Counted from the stretch's first letter, positions 27,975-38,132 are shown. The stretch is DNA of 64,000 bases from an uncultured Candidatus Saccharibacteria bacterium (GCA_964562615.1 CAZLUD010000002.1:153300-217299); one strand, 5' to 3'. Notes: a model not told the origin generated them from the sequence alone. Numbers and translations are program-made.

Positions 27975-29219
27975 ATGAGTGGAGTAATCGAGGCGCTCAT
28001 GTACATATTCCTCTTCACCACCCTCTATTTTGAGGTGTTTCTCCTATTGGCATTTTTAGAGCGAGGAAAGGGTACCGACAAAGGCGAGGACGCGCCCGAG
28101 CTTACCCGCTACCCGCACGTCTCAATTATCGTACCTGCCTTCAATGAAGAGCAAGCGGTTATAGATACAATTCACTCTCTTCTTAATCTTAATTACCCAA
28201 AGCATAAGCTGTCTATCATTGCCGTTGATGACGGAAGTACCGACGACACTTGGCAAAAACTGCAAGCCTTCAGTAGTCATCCGATGGTCACTCTTCTCCG
28301 AAAAGAAAACGGGGGCAAACACACCGCACTCAATCTCGGTATTAAAGACTGCAAGAGTGAGCTTATTGGATGCCTGGATTCAGATTCTACGGTCCACAAA
28401 GACGCGCTTCGCTACATAGTGAGAGAGTTCTTGCTTAACGAAAAAGTTGACGCAGTCACCCCCGCTATGCGCATACAATCACCGCGCACCATACTTGAAA
28501 GAGTACAAGCGGCAGAATACACCCTAGGTATTTTTATGCGCAGGACCTTTTCATTCATGAATACCCAGATAGTTACCCCGGGGCCATTTTCGCTATTTCG
28601 TCGCTCCACCTTTGAAAAATTGGGCCCCTACAAAAAGGCGCACAACACCGAGGATCTTGAGTACGCGCTTCGTATCCAAGCATCACAAGGCCAGATCGCT
28701 AATGCGCCACACGCGCTCGTATACACACCCGGTAAGCGCGGTCTCTCTAACCTTCTTAACCAGCGAGTACGTTGGACCTATGGTTTTTTAAGAAATGCCC
28801 GCGACTACAAGCATCTCTTTTTTAACAAAGCGTATGGTGATTTGAGCTTTTTTGTACTTCCTAGCGCACTCCTTGCTATTGGGAGCGCAATCACACTTGC
28901 CGTCCTAAGCCTTTACACCTTTGGTATGAATATCGCAGAGAGAATAGCGCAATACTACTATGGCGGATTTAATTTTTCGTTTGGCATAAACTGGTTTTTC
29001 ATCAATACGGACGCGCTCATTTTTGTCATCGTAGTAGTACTCACCCTTACCCTATCGCTTATGATTCTTGGATTTGCGTTGGCGCGTGACAAGGTAAATC
29101 CAATCAACATAGGCGCCTACTTTGCTCTCTATGGACTCATTGCCCCGTTGTGGCTAGCACAGGCAGTAATACGAGTACTGCTAAAACGAGAATCAAGTTG
29201 GCAGCAAGAGCGCTCATAA
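27975..29219 (+). CDS. Family-2 processive glycosyltransferase (NodC/PgaC/cellulose-synthase-like), membrane-integrated.
   Basis: VSIIVPAFNE, DDGSTDDT, CLDSDS and QRVRW (QxxRW); N-terminal and C-terminal TM helices. Confidence 0.8.
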   Translation: MSGVIEALMYIFLFTTLYFEVFLLLAFLERGKGTDKGEDAPELTRYPHVSIIVPAFNEEQAVIDTIHSLLNLNYPKHKLSIIAVDDGSTDDTWQKLQAFSSHPMVTLLRKENGGKHTALNLGIKDCKSELIGCLDSDSTVHKDALRYIVREFLLNEKVDAVTPAMRIQSPRTILERVQAAEYTLGIFMRRTFSFMNTQIVTPGPFSLFRRSTFEKLGPYKKAHNTEDLEYALRIQASQGQIANAPHALVYTPGKRGLSNLLNQRVRWTYGFLRNARDYKHLFFNKAYGDLSFFVLPSALLAIGSAITLAVLSLYTFGMNIAERIAQYYYGGFNFSFGINWFFINTDALIFVIVVVLTLTLSLMILGFALARDKVNPINIGAYFALYGLIAPLWLAQAVIRVLLKRESSWQQERS

Positions 29220-29231
29220 TCCCTAAACTCT

Positions 29232-29906
29232 ATGCGAGAAACTAATCTAACCAGATACATATCGGCATTCCTTATTACGGGAACAATATTTGCTACTGCC
29301 TTTTACGTGAGCAATAACCTTAATCAAAAGCGTATAGAGCAAATACGCCAAATTGAGGAGAAGATTTCCGTTGATATTCTTTCTCTTGAAACACAGTTTG
29401 ACCTGCTTGAACAACTCTCCTGCAACCAAATAAAAGAAAACCCTGTTCTCTCGCAAGAGCTTCAGGGGCTAGCCGACAGACTACAGTACGCAGAAGAAGA
29501 GCTTGGTACAGATGACGAGCGTGTTATTGAGCTAAAAAAATCTTACTCTCTGCTCCTTATAAAGGACGCCGTCTTGATGGAGCGTGTTAAAGAAAAATGT
29601 GACATCACCCCAATCGTGATGTACTACTTCTATTCAAATGAAGGTGACTGTGAGGATTGTACCAAGCAAGGCTATGTACTTACCCGCATAGGTAGAGAGT
29701 ACCCTGCTGCTCGTATTTATGCCTTTGACTACAACCTCGACCTCTCTGCGCTACGCACCCTTATCGCTATTCATGAGGTGAAAAACACCCTTCCTGCACT
29801 CATTATTGATGATGTCGTTCATTATGGATTTAATGATTTTGAAACTCTTCAAGAGCGTATACCGTCGCTAGTAGCAACCACCACCGCTACATCAACCGAG
29901 CGATAG
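29232..29906 (+). CDS. Membrane-anchored hypothetical protein with a coiled-coil and a possible thioredoxin-like CxxC (CEDC) region.
   Basis: N-terminal TM; PIVMYYFYSNEGDCEDCTKQGYVL. Confidence 0.3.
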   Translation: MRETNLTRYISAFLITGTIFATAFYVSNNLNQKRIEQIRQIEEKISVDILSLETQFDLLEQLSCNQIKENPVLSQELQGLADRLQYAEEELGTDDERVIELKKSYSLLLIKDAVLMERVKEKCDITPIVMYYFYSNEGDCEDCTKQGYVLTRIGREYPAARIYAFDYNLDLSALRTLIAIHEVKNTLPALIIDDVVHYGFNDFETLQERIPSLVATTTATSTER

Positions 29907-29911
29907 TGTGG

Positions 29912-30409
29912 CTATGCTTTAGGGGTTGCGTTTATTTCTCTCTCTGCTCGTTCTGCAAAAGCAAGAAAATCTGCTATCTCTTCTACTGTCATTGTTTTTG
30001 GTGTGTCACCCTTTATACAAAACACTCCCACTGCTTTGCCTGTTGCCTGATCATACAAAGACTTACCCGCATAAAATCGAACATACGGCTCTCCTAACAC
30101 CATAGGATTATCTTTGAAACGATCATCCAATAGCGTGTCGGGGACTACAAGCATTACTTCAGAAATAAGCGCATGTCCACAGAATGAGGTTGCTCGTGGT
30201 GCCTCCTTTTCAGTAAGGCCTTGTACGGATTTGTACCATTCTCTACCCTCATCAACTAACGTAATGGTAGATATGGGGACAGAAAATCTTGCCACCGCCT
30301 CTCTGGTTATTCGATCAAATCGCTCTTCATTTGAGGTATCAAGTAGTGATAACCCATGAAGTGCACACAAACGCTCCTTCTCATCCCTTGGTAAAGGTGC
30401 ATGTAACAT
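29912..30409 (-). CDS. Stand-alone GAF domain protein.
   Basis: GAF-like pattern ...VPISTITLVDEGREWYKS...FCGHAL...VPDTLLDDRF... Confidence 0.6.
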   Translation of the reverse strand: MLHAPLPRDEKERLCALHGLSLLDTSNEERFDRITREAVARFSVPISTITLVDEGREWYKSVQGLTEKEAPRATSFCGHALISEVMLVVPDTLLDDRFKDNPMVLGEPYVRFYAGKSLYDQATGKAVGVFCIKGDTPKTMTVEEIADFLAFAERAEREINATPKA

Positions 30410-30535
30410 ACTGTGATAAAACTAAGTAAATAAATTACTGAGTCACATGTCCGACACCTAGATGGCATCAGTACACGAACACATACCCATGAGCTTCAGG
30501 AGCTTCTATTGCTAGCAATAATACCGCAATCGTAT

Positions 30536-31045
30536 TTAGTCGACAACTATCTCTACCCCAACAAAAAACAAAACATTTTTATTAGTATCTAAAATGGGTG
30601 AAATCTGTAGCGTCACATTATAAAACTGACCATCCTTTCTCCTGTTTGCGATATTAAGGGTTATTGGGGATTTGTTCGCGATCATCACTGACCACGCCTC
30701 ATCATAAAATTCTTTTGGCATGTGCCCTCCCCAAAGCTCAGACGGTCTTTTACCGATAATCTCTTGTATGGGGTACTGAGTAGCTTCGACTACTGCATTG
30801 TTAACAAACATAATTGCTCCTGTGCTATCAGTGATGATGACTTGCTCTTTCATGGTCTCAAACACACGATTAAGCGTGCCACATCGCAGGCACTTTATCT
30901 CAGCACCATCAAGGCCATGATGCTTTGCTAACAACTTACCGCACTTCATACACCGAACATCTTTAAGTACAGATGGAAGAATGTCTGATGTGGCTACGGA
31001 TGGGTTGTTCATAGGCGAGTAACCACTATATGGTATACCAACCAC
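30536..31045 (-). CDS. Com-like zinc-ribbon + PAS domain protein.
   Basis: CMKCGKLL...KCLRCGTLNRV (CxxC-18-CxxC), followed by a PAS-like fold (IITDSTGAIMFVNNA...). Confidence 0.55.
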   Translation of the reverse strand: MVGIPYSGYSPMNNPSVATSDILPSVLKDVRCMKCGKLLAKHHGLDGAEIKCLRCGTLNRVFETMKEQVIITDSTGAIMFVNNAVVEATQYPIQEIIGKRPSELWGGHMPKEFYDEAWSVMIANKSPITLNIANRRKDGQFYNVTLQISPILDTNKNVLFFVGVEIVVD

Positions 31046-31100
31046 GGTTACTAATAAATAGAGACATACTTGCGGTATAACTCTCTACCACTCTTACTCT

Positions 31101-31176
31101 TGGAGCCAGCAGTCAGATTCGAACTGACGACCTGCCGCTTACAAGGCGGCTGCTCTACCAACTGAGCTATGCTGGC
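31101..31176 (-). tRNA. tRNA-Thr (anticodon UGU), 76 nt with an encoded CCA.
   Basis: Folded by hand: acceptor GCCAGCA/UGCUGGC; D arm GCUC-AGUUGGUA-GAGC; anticodon stem GCCGC/GCGGC with loop CUUGUAA; T arm GUCAG-UUCGAAU-CUGAC; discriminator U + CCA. Confidence 0.85.
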
Positions 31177-31189
31177 GCTTGGTACTACT

Positions 31190-31555
31190 TTACTTCCTTC
31201 CTCTCCTCCCTACTTCCTCTAAAAACTCTGACGTCTCTGTCTTGCCTCGCTTTGGTGTATATTTACCTCGTATAAACATAACCACATTGGTAAGTCTCCG
31301 TTCTAGCGCTCGCACCACTAAAAGTGATGTGTACGCCACCGTATGACTGCCATATGTTAGCATTTTTTTTACCGCATCGCGAAGGGTGTGTTCGGTAAAG
31401 CGCTTCAACGCAAGCACCGTACGAATAACTGCAGAATCCAACATACTGCGTACGTCCTTAAAAAAGACAACGTCTCTTCTAATTTCATACGACCGTACAG
31501 TAAATAGTACTGCAATACCCCAAAGCGACACCAAAAAGACCCATGTAAGTATCAT
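31190..31555 (-). CDS. Hypothetical small membrane-anchored basic protein.
   Basis: N-terminal TM; no known motif. Confidence 0.3.
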   Translation of the reverse strand: MILTWVFLVSLWGIAVLFTVRSYEIRRDVVFFKDVRSMLDSAVIRTVLALKRFTEHTLRDAVKKMLTYGSHTVAYTSLLVVRALERRLTNVVMFIRGKYTPKRGKTETSEFLEEVGRRGRK

Positions 31556-31570
31556 GGTAATAATTGCGTA

Positions 31571-32152
31571 TTAGCGCACTCCCAAACGAACACATTCGGT
31601 TACCTCAATACGCTCACCAAACTTTTGCGTTGCCTCTTCAACGAGATCACGAATAGTCTTTGATGAGTCTTTCACAAATGGTTGTTCAAGAAGAACCTTT
31701 TCTTTAAGGTAATCGTTAAGTTTACCTTCAACAATTTGTGCTCGTATATTTTCAGGCTTCTCTTCAGCCTCTCGTTCAAACACCTCTTTCGCTGCGCGGA
31801 TGTCTTCTGGCTTTACCTGCTCCTTAGACACAAACTGTGGCGCCATAGCAGCTGCATGTAGCGCTATCTCGTACGCGAGCTTTTTGAAGTCCTCGTTCTT
31901 AGAAACAAAATCTGTTTCTGAAGAAAGAAGCACCATAGCGCCAACATCACCAGAGGCGTGTATGTAGGCAGCTACCGCACCTGCACCAAGTGTTCTGTCT
32001 GCTTTTTTCTCTGCTGCTCTGCTTGATTTTTTGCGGAGCAACACGAGTGCTTTCTCGTCATCGCCACCCGCTTCTTCAAGCGCCTTTTTACACTCCATGA
32101 CAGATACTCCCGTTTTGTCACGAAGTGCCTTGATTTGATCAGTTGATACCAT
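31571..32152 (-). CDS. tsf: Elongation factor Ts (short form).
   Basis: N-terminal UBA-like IKALRDKTGVSVMECKKAL; conserved rpsB-tsf gene order. Confidence 0.9.
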   Translation of the reverse strand: MVSTDQIKALRDKTGVSVMECKKALEEAGGDDEKALVLLRKKSSRAAEKKADRTLGAGAVAAYIHASGDVGAMVLLSSETDFVSKNEDFKKLAYEIALHAAAMAPQFVSKEQVKPEDIRAAKEVFEREAEEKPENIRAQIVEGKLNDYLKEKVLLEQPFVKDSSKTIRDLVEEATQKFGERIEVTECVRLGVR

Positions 32153-32184
32153 AGAGCAATGTTAAACCTGATTATTGTACTCGC

Positions 32185-32907
32185 TTATTGTACCACAGGC
32201 GCATTCTTCATGCCGTGTTCATACGCCTCTTTTAGCTCTTCCAAAATAATAGAAATTGTTTTTTGTGAGCTGTCATTAGCAAGCACCGGAAAGGATACTG
32301 CGGTAAGGTCACAGTCTGAATTACCAATACCGAGCACAGGGATATTTCTTGCCTTTGCTTCATTGATAGCAATTTCTTCGTGTTTGGTGTCTACCACCAC
32401 AAGAAGTGCAGGCAATTGATCCTTCATAGGAAGGAGACCTGAAAACTGCAATTCAAGCTTCGCAATCTCTCTATCAATAAGTAGTCGCTCTTTCTTGGTG
32501 TACTTCTTCTGAAATTCGCCCTTTTCTCTGCTTATGCGAAGTGACTCAAGGCGAGCGATTCTTTTCTTTATTTCTGCAAAGTTAGTGAGGGTACCACCAA
32601 TCCATCTACCGGCAACAAATGGCATTGAAAGCTCACCTGCTACCGCTCGTACTGGCTTTTGTGCCTCTTGTTTGCCTCCAACAAAAAGAACCACCTTTTT
32701 GTCCTTTCCATAATTAGCAATAGCCTCCTTTGCCTTTTCGATAAGGTCAGAAGCTTTTTCAAGGTCTAATATTTCAGTGTTGTTTTTCACTCCAAAGATA
32801 AACTTTGTTGTGCTTGGATGGCGTCGTGATCGGCTATAGCCAAAGTGCGCCCCTGCTCCGAATAGGCGTTCAATAAGCTTTTCTTTATTTGGTGTCGTTT
32901 GACTCAT
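32185..32907 (-). CDS. rpsB: 30S ribosomal protein S2.
   Basis: LEAGAHFGYSRSRRHPSTTKFIFG...VVVDTKHEEIAINEA. Confidence 0.9.
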   Translation of the reverse strand: MSQTTPNKEKLIERLFGAGAHFGYSRSRRHPSTTKFIFGVKNNTEILDLEKASDLIEKAKEAIANYGKDKKVVLFVGGKQEAQKPVRAVAGELSMPFVAGRWIGGTLTNFAEIKKRIARLESLRISREKGEFQKKYTKKERLLIDREIAKLELQFSGLLPMKDQLPALLVVVDTKHEEIAINEAKARNIPVLGIGNSDCDLTAVSFPVLANDSSQKTISIILEELKEAYEHGMKNAPVVQ

Positions 32908-32936
32908 GTTGCAGTACTGTACCAAAGATGGCGACT

Positions 32937-33923
32937 TTAGGCAACCCCATCTCCTTGGTGCTGGAGGGCACTCTCGGCTGCCTCTAGGGCGGCTACCACA
33001 GCCTCAATATCCCCTAGCATAATACCCTCGATATTGTGCCATGACTCCTTTATCCGGTGATCGGTAACTCTATCCTGCAAAAAATTGTAGGTTCGTATTT
33101 TTTCAGATCTATCAGCGGTACCCACCTGCTCTTTTCGAGTTGCGGCGTACTTTTTTGCCTCTTCTTCCTCGTAATACTTTTCAAGCTTGGCAGTCAAAAT
33201 CATAAGTGCCTTTTCGCGATTGGCTAGCTGTGATCGCTCAGAGGTAGAGCGCACATCAATACCGGTAGGTTTATGGATAAGCCTCACGGCAGTTTCCACC
33301 TTGTTAACATTTTGCCCTCCCGCACCTCCCGATCGTGAAAATTCCATTTCAAGATCAGTAGGAGGAATTTCTAATTTACTTTTCTTCCTAATAGGAAGCA
33401 CCGCAACTGATGCGGTAGACGTGTGGATGCGTCCTGTCTTTTCGGTTGCAGGTATTCTTTGAACTCTATGTACTCCCGTCTCAAATCTGAGCGCCTTATA
33501 TACACCTAGTCCGTGTATCTCAAAAGACGCTTCTTTGTACCCGCCAAGCGCTGCAGGAGAGGTGGCGAGTTTCTTCATACTCCATCCTTTTGTCTCGGCA
33601 TACCGCTCATACATAACCGCTAATTCTTCAGCAAAGAGTGCCGCTTCTTCACCTCCTGCACCTGCACGCACCTCAAGTATTGCCTCATTAGGAAAGGCAT
33701 CCTCCTCCTCTTCTTGTTTAGCAATAGATTTGAGTTGATCTACCAGTGCATCAAGTTGCGCTTGGATATTATGGAGATCATCCTCAGCTAGTGCTTTCAT
33801 TTCTTCATCATGCTCCATGAGAAGCACTGTTTCTTGTTTGTTTTTTATCAAACGTTCATACTCACCTGCAAGGTATGCGGTTTTTTGATTTTCTTTAAAG
33901 GGTGATATATCAAAGTCTTCCAT
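32937..33923 (-). CDS. prfA: Peptide chain release factor 1.
   Basis: GGQ motif [11 protein letters not shown]; PAT tripeptide ([14 protein letters not shown]) indicates RF1. Confidence 0.85.
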   Translation of the reverse strand: MEDFDISPFKENQKTAYLAGEYERLIKNKQETVLLMEHDEEMKALAEDDLHNIQAQLDALVDQLKSIAKQEEEEDAFPNEAILEVRAGAGGEEAALFAEELAVMYERYAETKGWSMKKLATSPAALGGYKEASFEIHGLGVYKALRFETGVHRVQRIPATEKTGRIHTSTASVAVLPIRKKSKLEIPPTDLEMEFSRSGGAGGQNVNKVETAVRLIHKPTGIDVRSTSERSQLANREKALMILTAKLEKYYEEEEAKKYAATRKEQVGTADRSEKIRTYNFLQDRVTDHRIKESWHNIEGIMLGDIEAVVAALEAAESALQHQGDGVA

Positions 33924-33937
33924 GGTTTTTAGTATAC

Positions 33938-33972
33938 AAAAATGCGCCTCGCGGAGCGAGGCGCATTTTTGT
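33938..33972 (-). terminator. Intrinsic terminator after rpmE.
   Basis: aaaaatgcgcctcgc-gg-agcgaggcgcattttt stem, followed on the minus strand by TTTTTGTAT. Confidence 0.65.
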
Positions 33973-33986
33973 ATACGGGTGCATCA

Positions 33987-34256
33987 TTACGCCTTACTTT
34001 CTTTACCCTTTGCTGCAGCTGCTCGCTTCTTAAATTTATCTACGCGTCCTGCGGTGTCGATAACTGTCTCCTTTCCTGTATAAAATGGGTGTGATGCGCT
34101 TGAGATTTCAACACTTGCGTATGGGTACTCATTGCCGTCTTTTGCCTTCTTGGTACCGCTCGTTTTAAGGGTTGAGGCAATAATATACTGCTCCCCGCTT
34201 GAGATATCCTCAAAAAGGACCGGTCGATATTCTTTTGGATGTATGTCTTTCTTCAT
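33987..34256 (-). CDS. rpmE: 50S ribosomal protein L31 (non-zinc type B).
   Basis: [13 protein letters not shown]...HPFYTG. Confidence 0.85.
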   Translation of the reverse strand: MKKDIHPKEYRPVLFEDISSGEQYIIASTLKTSGTKKAKDGNEYPYASVEISSASHPFYTGKETVIDTAGRVDKFKKRAAAAKGKESKA

Positions 34257-34317
34257 GTCAGAAAACTATACCAGAGAAGCGATAAAAGGCAAGAATGTCT
34301 AGCCAGTGACAAGGTCA

Positions 34318-34782
34318 CTACCACAACCGTGCTGCTGGGGTATAAATCGCGCCTGTTCTTTGGCCGGTTCTTGCAGGATCCTGTAGCGGGCAAGATCCGG
34401 GGGTACATGCTTCAAGGGCTCCGTGGATAAGTATCTTGTAGTCAACTCCATTAGAGTAGTAGAGATAACAAATACCACTACTTGCCGTACTTGGGAGTGG
34501 GTCCATTGGCATACTAGAAATGTAGGTAGGTACAATACCCGGAATACCAGCGCCACCATAACAGCCAGGACTAGTTCCTTGCCACCCACCCACGACAGGA
34601 TAGTTTCCAAAATCGTTATAGTACATTTCAACTGCTCTTTCTATTTGGCGTACGTCAGCAATACGCCGAGCGTCTCTAGCTTTACCACGCGCACTATTAA
34701 GTGACGCAAACACTACTGAGGAAAGAAGTCCTATGATCGCAATGACGACAAGTAGTTCAATAAGGGTAAATCCTCTTTTCAT
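34318..34782 (-). CDS. Type IV pilin-like protein (prepilin N-terminal cleavage/methylation domain).
   Basis: MKRG|FTLIELLVVIAIIGLLSSVVFASLNSAR. Confidence 0.8.
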   Translation of the reverse strand: MKRGFTLIELLVVIAIIGLLSSVVFASLNSARGKARDARRIADVRQIERAVEMYYNDFGNYPVVGGWQGTSPGCYGGAGIPGIVPTYISSMPMDPLPSTASSGICYLYYSNGVDYKILIHGALEACTPGSCPLQDPARTGQRTGAIYTPAARLW

Positions 34783-34797
34783 AAATAAAGTAATGTA

Positions 34798-35274
34798 CTA
34801 GTAACCCCGAGCTCCGGTAGACCAATTACCATACGCCCAACAATCTCTCACTGGGTCTATAAGTCCTGGTGCTTGCGCCTTTACCCCCGCGCAATCTTGA
34901 GGATTATGCCAAATGAGTTTGTAGTCAGCTCCATTGTCTGAACGATAAATATAATTATCACTACAATTAGTAGAATTATTTGGTGACCGAGGGAGTGTAG
35001 GGATATAGTTTGGAGCAAGTCCTGGTATCCAGTTTGTCGTACTGTTGCCCCAGCAGGTATACAACCCGTCATATCTCCCCGATGTGCTTGGGTACGCATT
35101 ATTGTCGTTATAATACAATTCTAGTGCTATTTTTAGCTGCTCAAGATCTGCGATACTTCGAGCATTTCGAGCTTTTTGTCGTGCACTATTAAGTGACGCA
35201 AACACCACCGAAGAGAGTAGTCCGATAATAGCAATCACAACAAGTAGTTCAATGAGGGTGAATCCTCTTTTCAT
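34798..35274 (-). CDS. Type IV pilin-like protein.
   Basis: MKRGFTLIELLVVIAIIGLLSSVVFASLNSARQKARNAR. Confidence 0.8.
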   Translation of the reverse strand: MKRGFTLIELLVVIAIIGLLSSVVFASLNSARQKARNARSIADLEQLKIALELYYNDNNAYPSTSGRYDGLYTCWGNSTTNWIPGLAPNYIPTLPRSPNNSTNCSDNYIYRSDNGADYKLIWHNPQDCAGVKAQAPGLIDPVRDCWAYGNWSTGARGY

Positions 35275-35297
35275 ACCTTACAGCATACCAAATATAC

Positions 35298-36707
35298 CTA
35301 TTCTCGAGAAAGGATATCTAGTTGTTTTTGGAAGTATGCTGCATGCTCCATCACCCCATCACCATAAAAGGCATAGGCGGGCTTGGTGGCATTACCCCAC
35401 CCCGCAAAGTATCTAAGAGCAGCGAGTCGCTCTGCGGCATACGTGCCAGCATCTGCACCATTATCCATCATGAGTACCCCGCTTGCCATAAAGGCATCAG
35501 CGTTTTTCCATGGATCAGAGGGGCTATTTTTGCCAAGAAGTTTTCGTATTCTGTCTTTGCTTGCAGAATATTCCCATGGCCCCGCCCAAAATTCATCCCA
35601 GCTCATTGTACGCTTTGCATTATTACAATCGTTGGTTTTTGAATTGATATAACCGCCATAACACGCCCACGTTGAAGGGATAAACTGTGCCGGCCCCATA
35701 GCGCCGCCCCACCCGTACCCTGGTTGTTTTGATACTGGCATTCTGTCTGGGTTGTAGCCAAGGGTAGAGGTTATTGCCTGAAAGAGTGGCCTATCTCGAG
35801 TAGGGTGCATATCCTCCTTCCATGTACCGGTACCAAGATACTCACCAAGCCTTGTCTCTTGTTTTAATACCCCAAGGATAAGCGCGGGGCGTACCCCCGT
35901 TGCCTTACCTGCTTGCCCTGCAAAGGTAACCGCATCACCAAAAGGTATCGCCGCAGAGTCTCGTAGTGAAAATAGCTCTGAACGAATTTCTGCAGCACTC
36001 TTTTCTTTTTGGTTGATAAGTGCTTGATATGATTTTTCTTGTCCTTTTGTTACAGAAAGAATATTTTGCTTTTGCTTTTCTTGTTGTTCAATTTTCTGCT
36101 TTTCAAGTAATTGCAGATTACGAAGCTCAGTTTCGTCAGAGCGTTTTGATTCAAGGGTGCTCTTTGCCTCTTCTGTGGTTACGACGGTATTTTCTATTTC
36201 TTCAAATGAATCTTGTAGGGCAATCTTTAATTGTGTAAACGAATCTAATTCTTCAAATACATCTGAAAGTGATTGGTTGCCAATAATAATCTCAACCATC
36301 GTAAGATCATCTATCTGATCTGTTCTACGTATGAGCTGCGCAAGAGAATTTTTCTCTCGCGTGAGTTTATCAGCAAGGCTGCCAATGGTGACCAGCTTTT
36401 CGCCTATATCGCCATTGATTTGTTGGATAGCAAGATCGCGTTGTCGTATGGCTAGCTTAGCTTTTGCAATTTGTGCATCAAGAATAGCAACGTCTCTCTC
36501 AAGCGAGACTCGCTCTTTTTGTTTACCTTCTAGTAGTACTCCCTGCGCTTGTATCTCCTTTTCTATCTGCTGTAATTGCGCTTCAAGCTCAGCGCGGCGC
36601 CGTGCTACATCTTCACTAGTTACCTGTGCTTGAAGGGTAGGCGCGTACGAATACACACCCATGCACAGTGAAAGTATAGTGATTGTGATATATCCAAAAC
36701 GCTTCAT
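35298..36707 (-). CDS. Secreted lytic transglycosylase (MltB/SLT family 3-like) with a long N-terminal coiled-coil.
   Basis: Signal peptide; ~230-aa coiled coil; C-terminal ...GVLKQETRLG...GGAMGPAQFIPSTW... Confidence 0.7.
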   Translation of the reverse strand: MKRFGYITITILSLCMGVYSYAPTLQAQVTSEDVARRRAELEAQLQQIEKEIQAQGVLLEGKQKERVSLERDVAILDAQIAKAKLAIRQRDLAIQQINGDIGEKLVTIGSLADKLTREKNSLAQLIRRTDQIDDLTMVEIIIGNQSLSDVFEELDSFTQLKIALQDSFEEIENTVVTTEEAKSTLESKRSDETELRNLQLLEKQKIEQQEKQKQNILSVTKGQEKSYQALINQKEKSAAEIRSELFSLRDSAAIPFGDAVTFAGQAGKATGVRPALILGVLKQETRLGEYLGTGTWKEDMHPTRDRPLFQAITSTLGYNPDRMPVSKQPGYGWGGAMGPAQFIPSTWACYGGYINSKTNDCNNAKRTMSWDEFWAGPWEYSASKDRIRKLLGKNSPSDPWKNADAFMASGVLMMDNGADAGTYAAERLAALRYFAGWGNATKPAYAFYGDGVMEHAAYFQKQLDILSRE

Positions 36708-36726
36708 GGTAGTCGTATTCTATCAT

Positions 36727-36762
36727 AAAACAACACACCCCTTAAGGGGTGTGTTGTTTAAC
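36727..36762 (-). terminator. Intrinsic terminator after rplY.
   Basis: aacaacacacccc-ttaa-ggggtgtgttgtt stem followed by TTTTAT. Confidence 0.65.
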
Positions 36763-36780
36763 GTCACTCTTTTGTGTTCA

Positions 36781-37431
36781 TTACTCGTCTGCTTTTGCAT
36801 CTGACTCTTCATCAGTCTTGCCTTTTTTGATTACTTCTATTGTAGAAAGGTCAGGTGCCACAGCATCTTCATCTTTTTCTTCAGTTACTGCAGCAACAAG
36901 TGCTACCACTTCTTCTGCGTTAGTGATAAGCGTAACACCCGTACTTAGCTTCAAATCCTTAGCGAGAATTTGACTCTCAAATGTCTCAAGAGTAGAAATA
37001 TCAACCTCGATACTATGAGGTAGATTCTTAGGAAGTGCTTCAATTGATACTTCGTGAAGTACTTTTACAAGGTTTCCTCCAAGTAGTTTTACTGCTGGCG
37101 CTTCACCAACGTATTCAAGTGGTACCTCCACTTCTACCATTTTGTCCGCCTCAATTGCATAAAAATCAACATGCACCGGAAGTCCTGAGATGTGATCAAT
37201 TGACACCTCTTGGATGAGTACGTCAATACCCTTTCCAAGGCCATCAAGCGTAACCACCGTTGACTCTCCCGCCTCTTCCCATACCTTTTTAAAATTAATT
37301 ACTGACACCGCGATTGGTGTTGACGCCTCCTTCTTTCCATAGACAACCGCAGGAATCATCGCCTCCTTTCTGAGGGATGCTCGCGCAGACTTTGATGTCT
37401 CTCGTTTTATTGCTTCTAGTTTTACTACCAT
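36781..37431 (-). CDS. rplY: 50S ribosomal protein L25 / general stress protein Ctc.
   Basis: Typical L25 N-terminal beta-barrel (..EAMIPAVVYGKKEASTPIAV..) plus Ctc-type C-terminal extension. Confidence 0.8.
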   Translation of the reverse strand: MVVKLEAIKRETSKSARASLRKEAMIPAVVYGKKEASTPIAVSVINFKKVWEEAGESTVVTLDGLGKGIDVLIQEVSIDHISGLPVHVDFYAIEADKMVEVEVPLEYVGEAPAVKLLGGNLVKVLHEVSIEALPKNLPHSIEVDISTLETFESQILAKDLKLSTGVTLITNAEEVVALVAAVTEEKDEDAVAPDLSTIEVIKKGKTDEESDAKADE

Positions 37432-37500
37432 ACCGCAAAACTATACCTAATTATGGATATTTGGCAACCCACACGAGGTAGTATTACTAATATAATACGG

Positions 37501-38076
37501 TTACCACCCACTGCAGGTGCCTACGCCAATACAATAGTATGGGTCATTACAACCTCCGTTATTGTTATAGTAACTACCGTCCAAATCCCCTGCAAGGCTC
37601 TGATTATTAGCATTTTCAAGACGTACAGCGAGTCGATAACTCTGACCAGTACCGCATCCTGATGGCCACGCATAATAATAGGTTGGGTCCGCATCTGAAA
37701 ACCCTGATGGACTATCTTGTGGGTCTTGAGGAACCTCAGACATAAATACCGGTCGAGAAGATAGACCAAATCCACACGATGCATCACTTGCGGTTTCTAG
37801 ACATTGCGCAAAGTAATCCCAATGCTGATCCCATGTAGGTGCTCCGGGACTACTTGGATAGCGTCCATGGGTGTCATAAAACAATTCTAGTGCGGTGCGA
37901 ATCTGCTGAAAGTCTGCTATACGTTTTGCATCACGTGCTTTACTGCGCGCGCTATTAAGTGACGCAAACACCACCGAAGAGAGTAGTCCGATGATAGCAA
38001 TGACAACAAGAAGCTCGATGAGAGTAAATCCCATCGTGGAGGATTGTCTATGATTTCTCTGTAACAAATTATGCAT
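37501..38076 (-). CDS. Type IV pilin-like protein. Start is uncertain: the leader is either MHNLLQRNHRQSSTMG|F (start 38076) or M-G|F (start 38034).
   Basis: (M)GFTLIELLVVIAIIGLLSSVVFASLNSARSKARDAKR. Confidence 0.75.
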   Translation of the reverse strand: MHNLLQRNHRQSSTMGFTLIELLVVIAIIGLLSSVVFASLNSARSKARDAKRIADFQQIRTALELFYDTHGRYPSSPGAPTWDQHWDYFAQCLETASDASCGFGLSSRPVFMSEVPQDPQDSPSGFSDADPTYYYAWPSGCGTGQSYRLAVRLENANNQSLAGDLDGSYYNNNGGCNDPYYCIGVGTCSGW

Positions 38077-38132
38077 AACTGCTACACTATATATACAGCA
38101 ATAATAGTATATCAGCTTACCAGTATTTACAC

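Noticed and set aside
31046-31190. tRNA flank as a phage or ICE integration site.
   Set aside because: No integrase, no direct repeat of the tRNA 3' end, and the neighbouring genes are ordinary small regulators.
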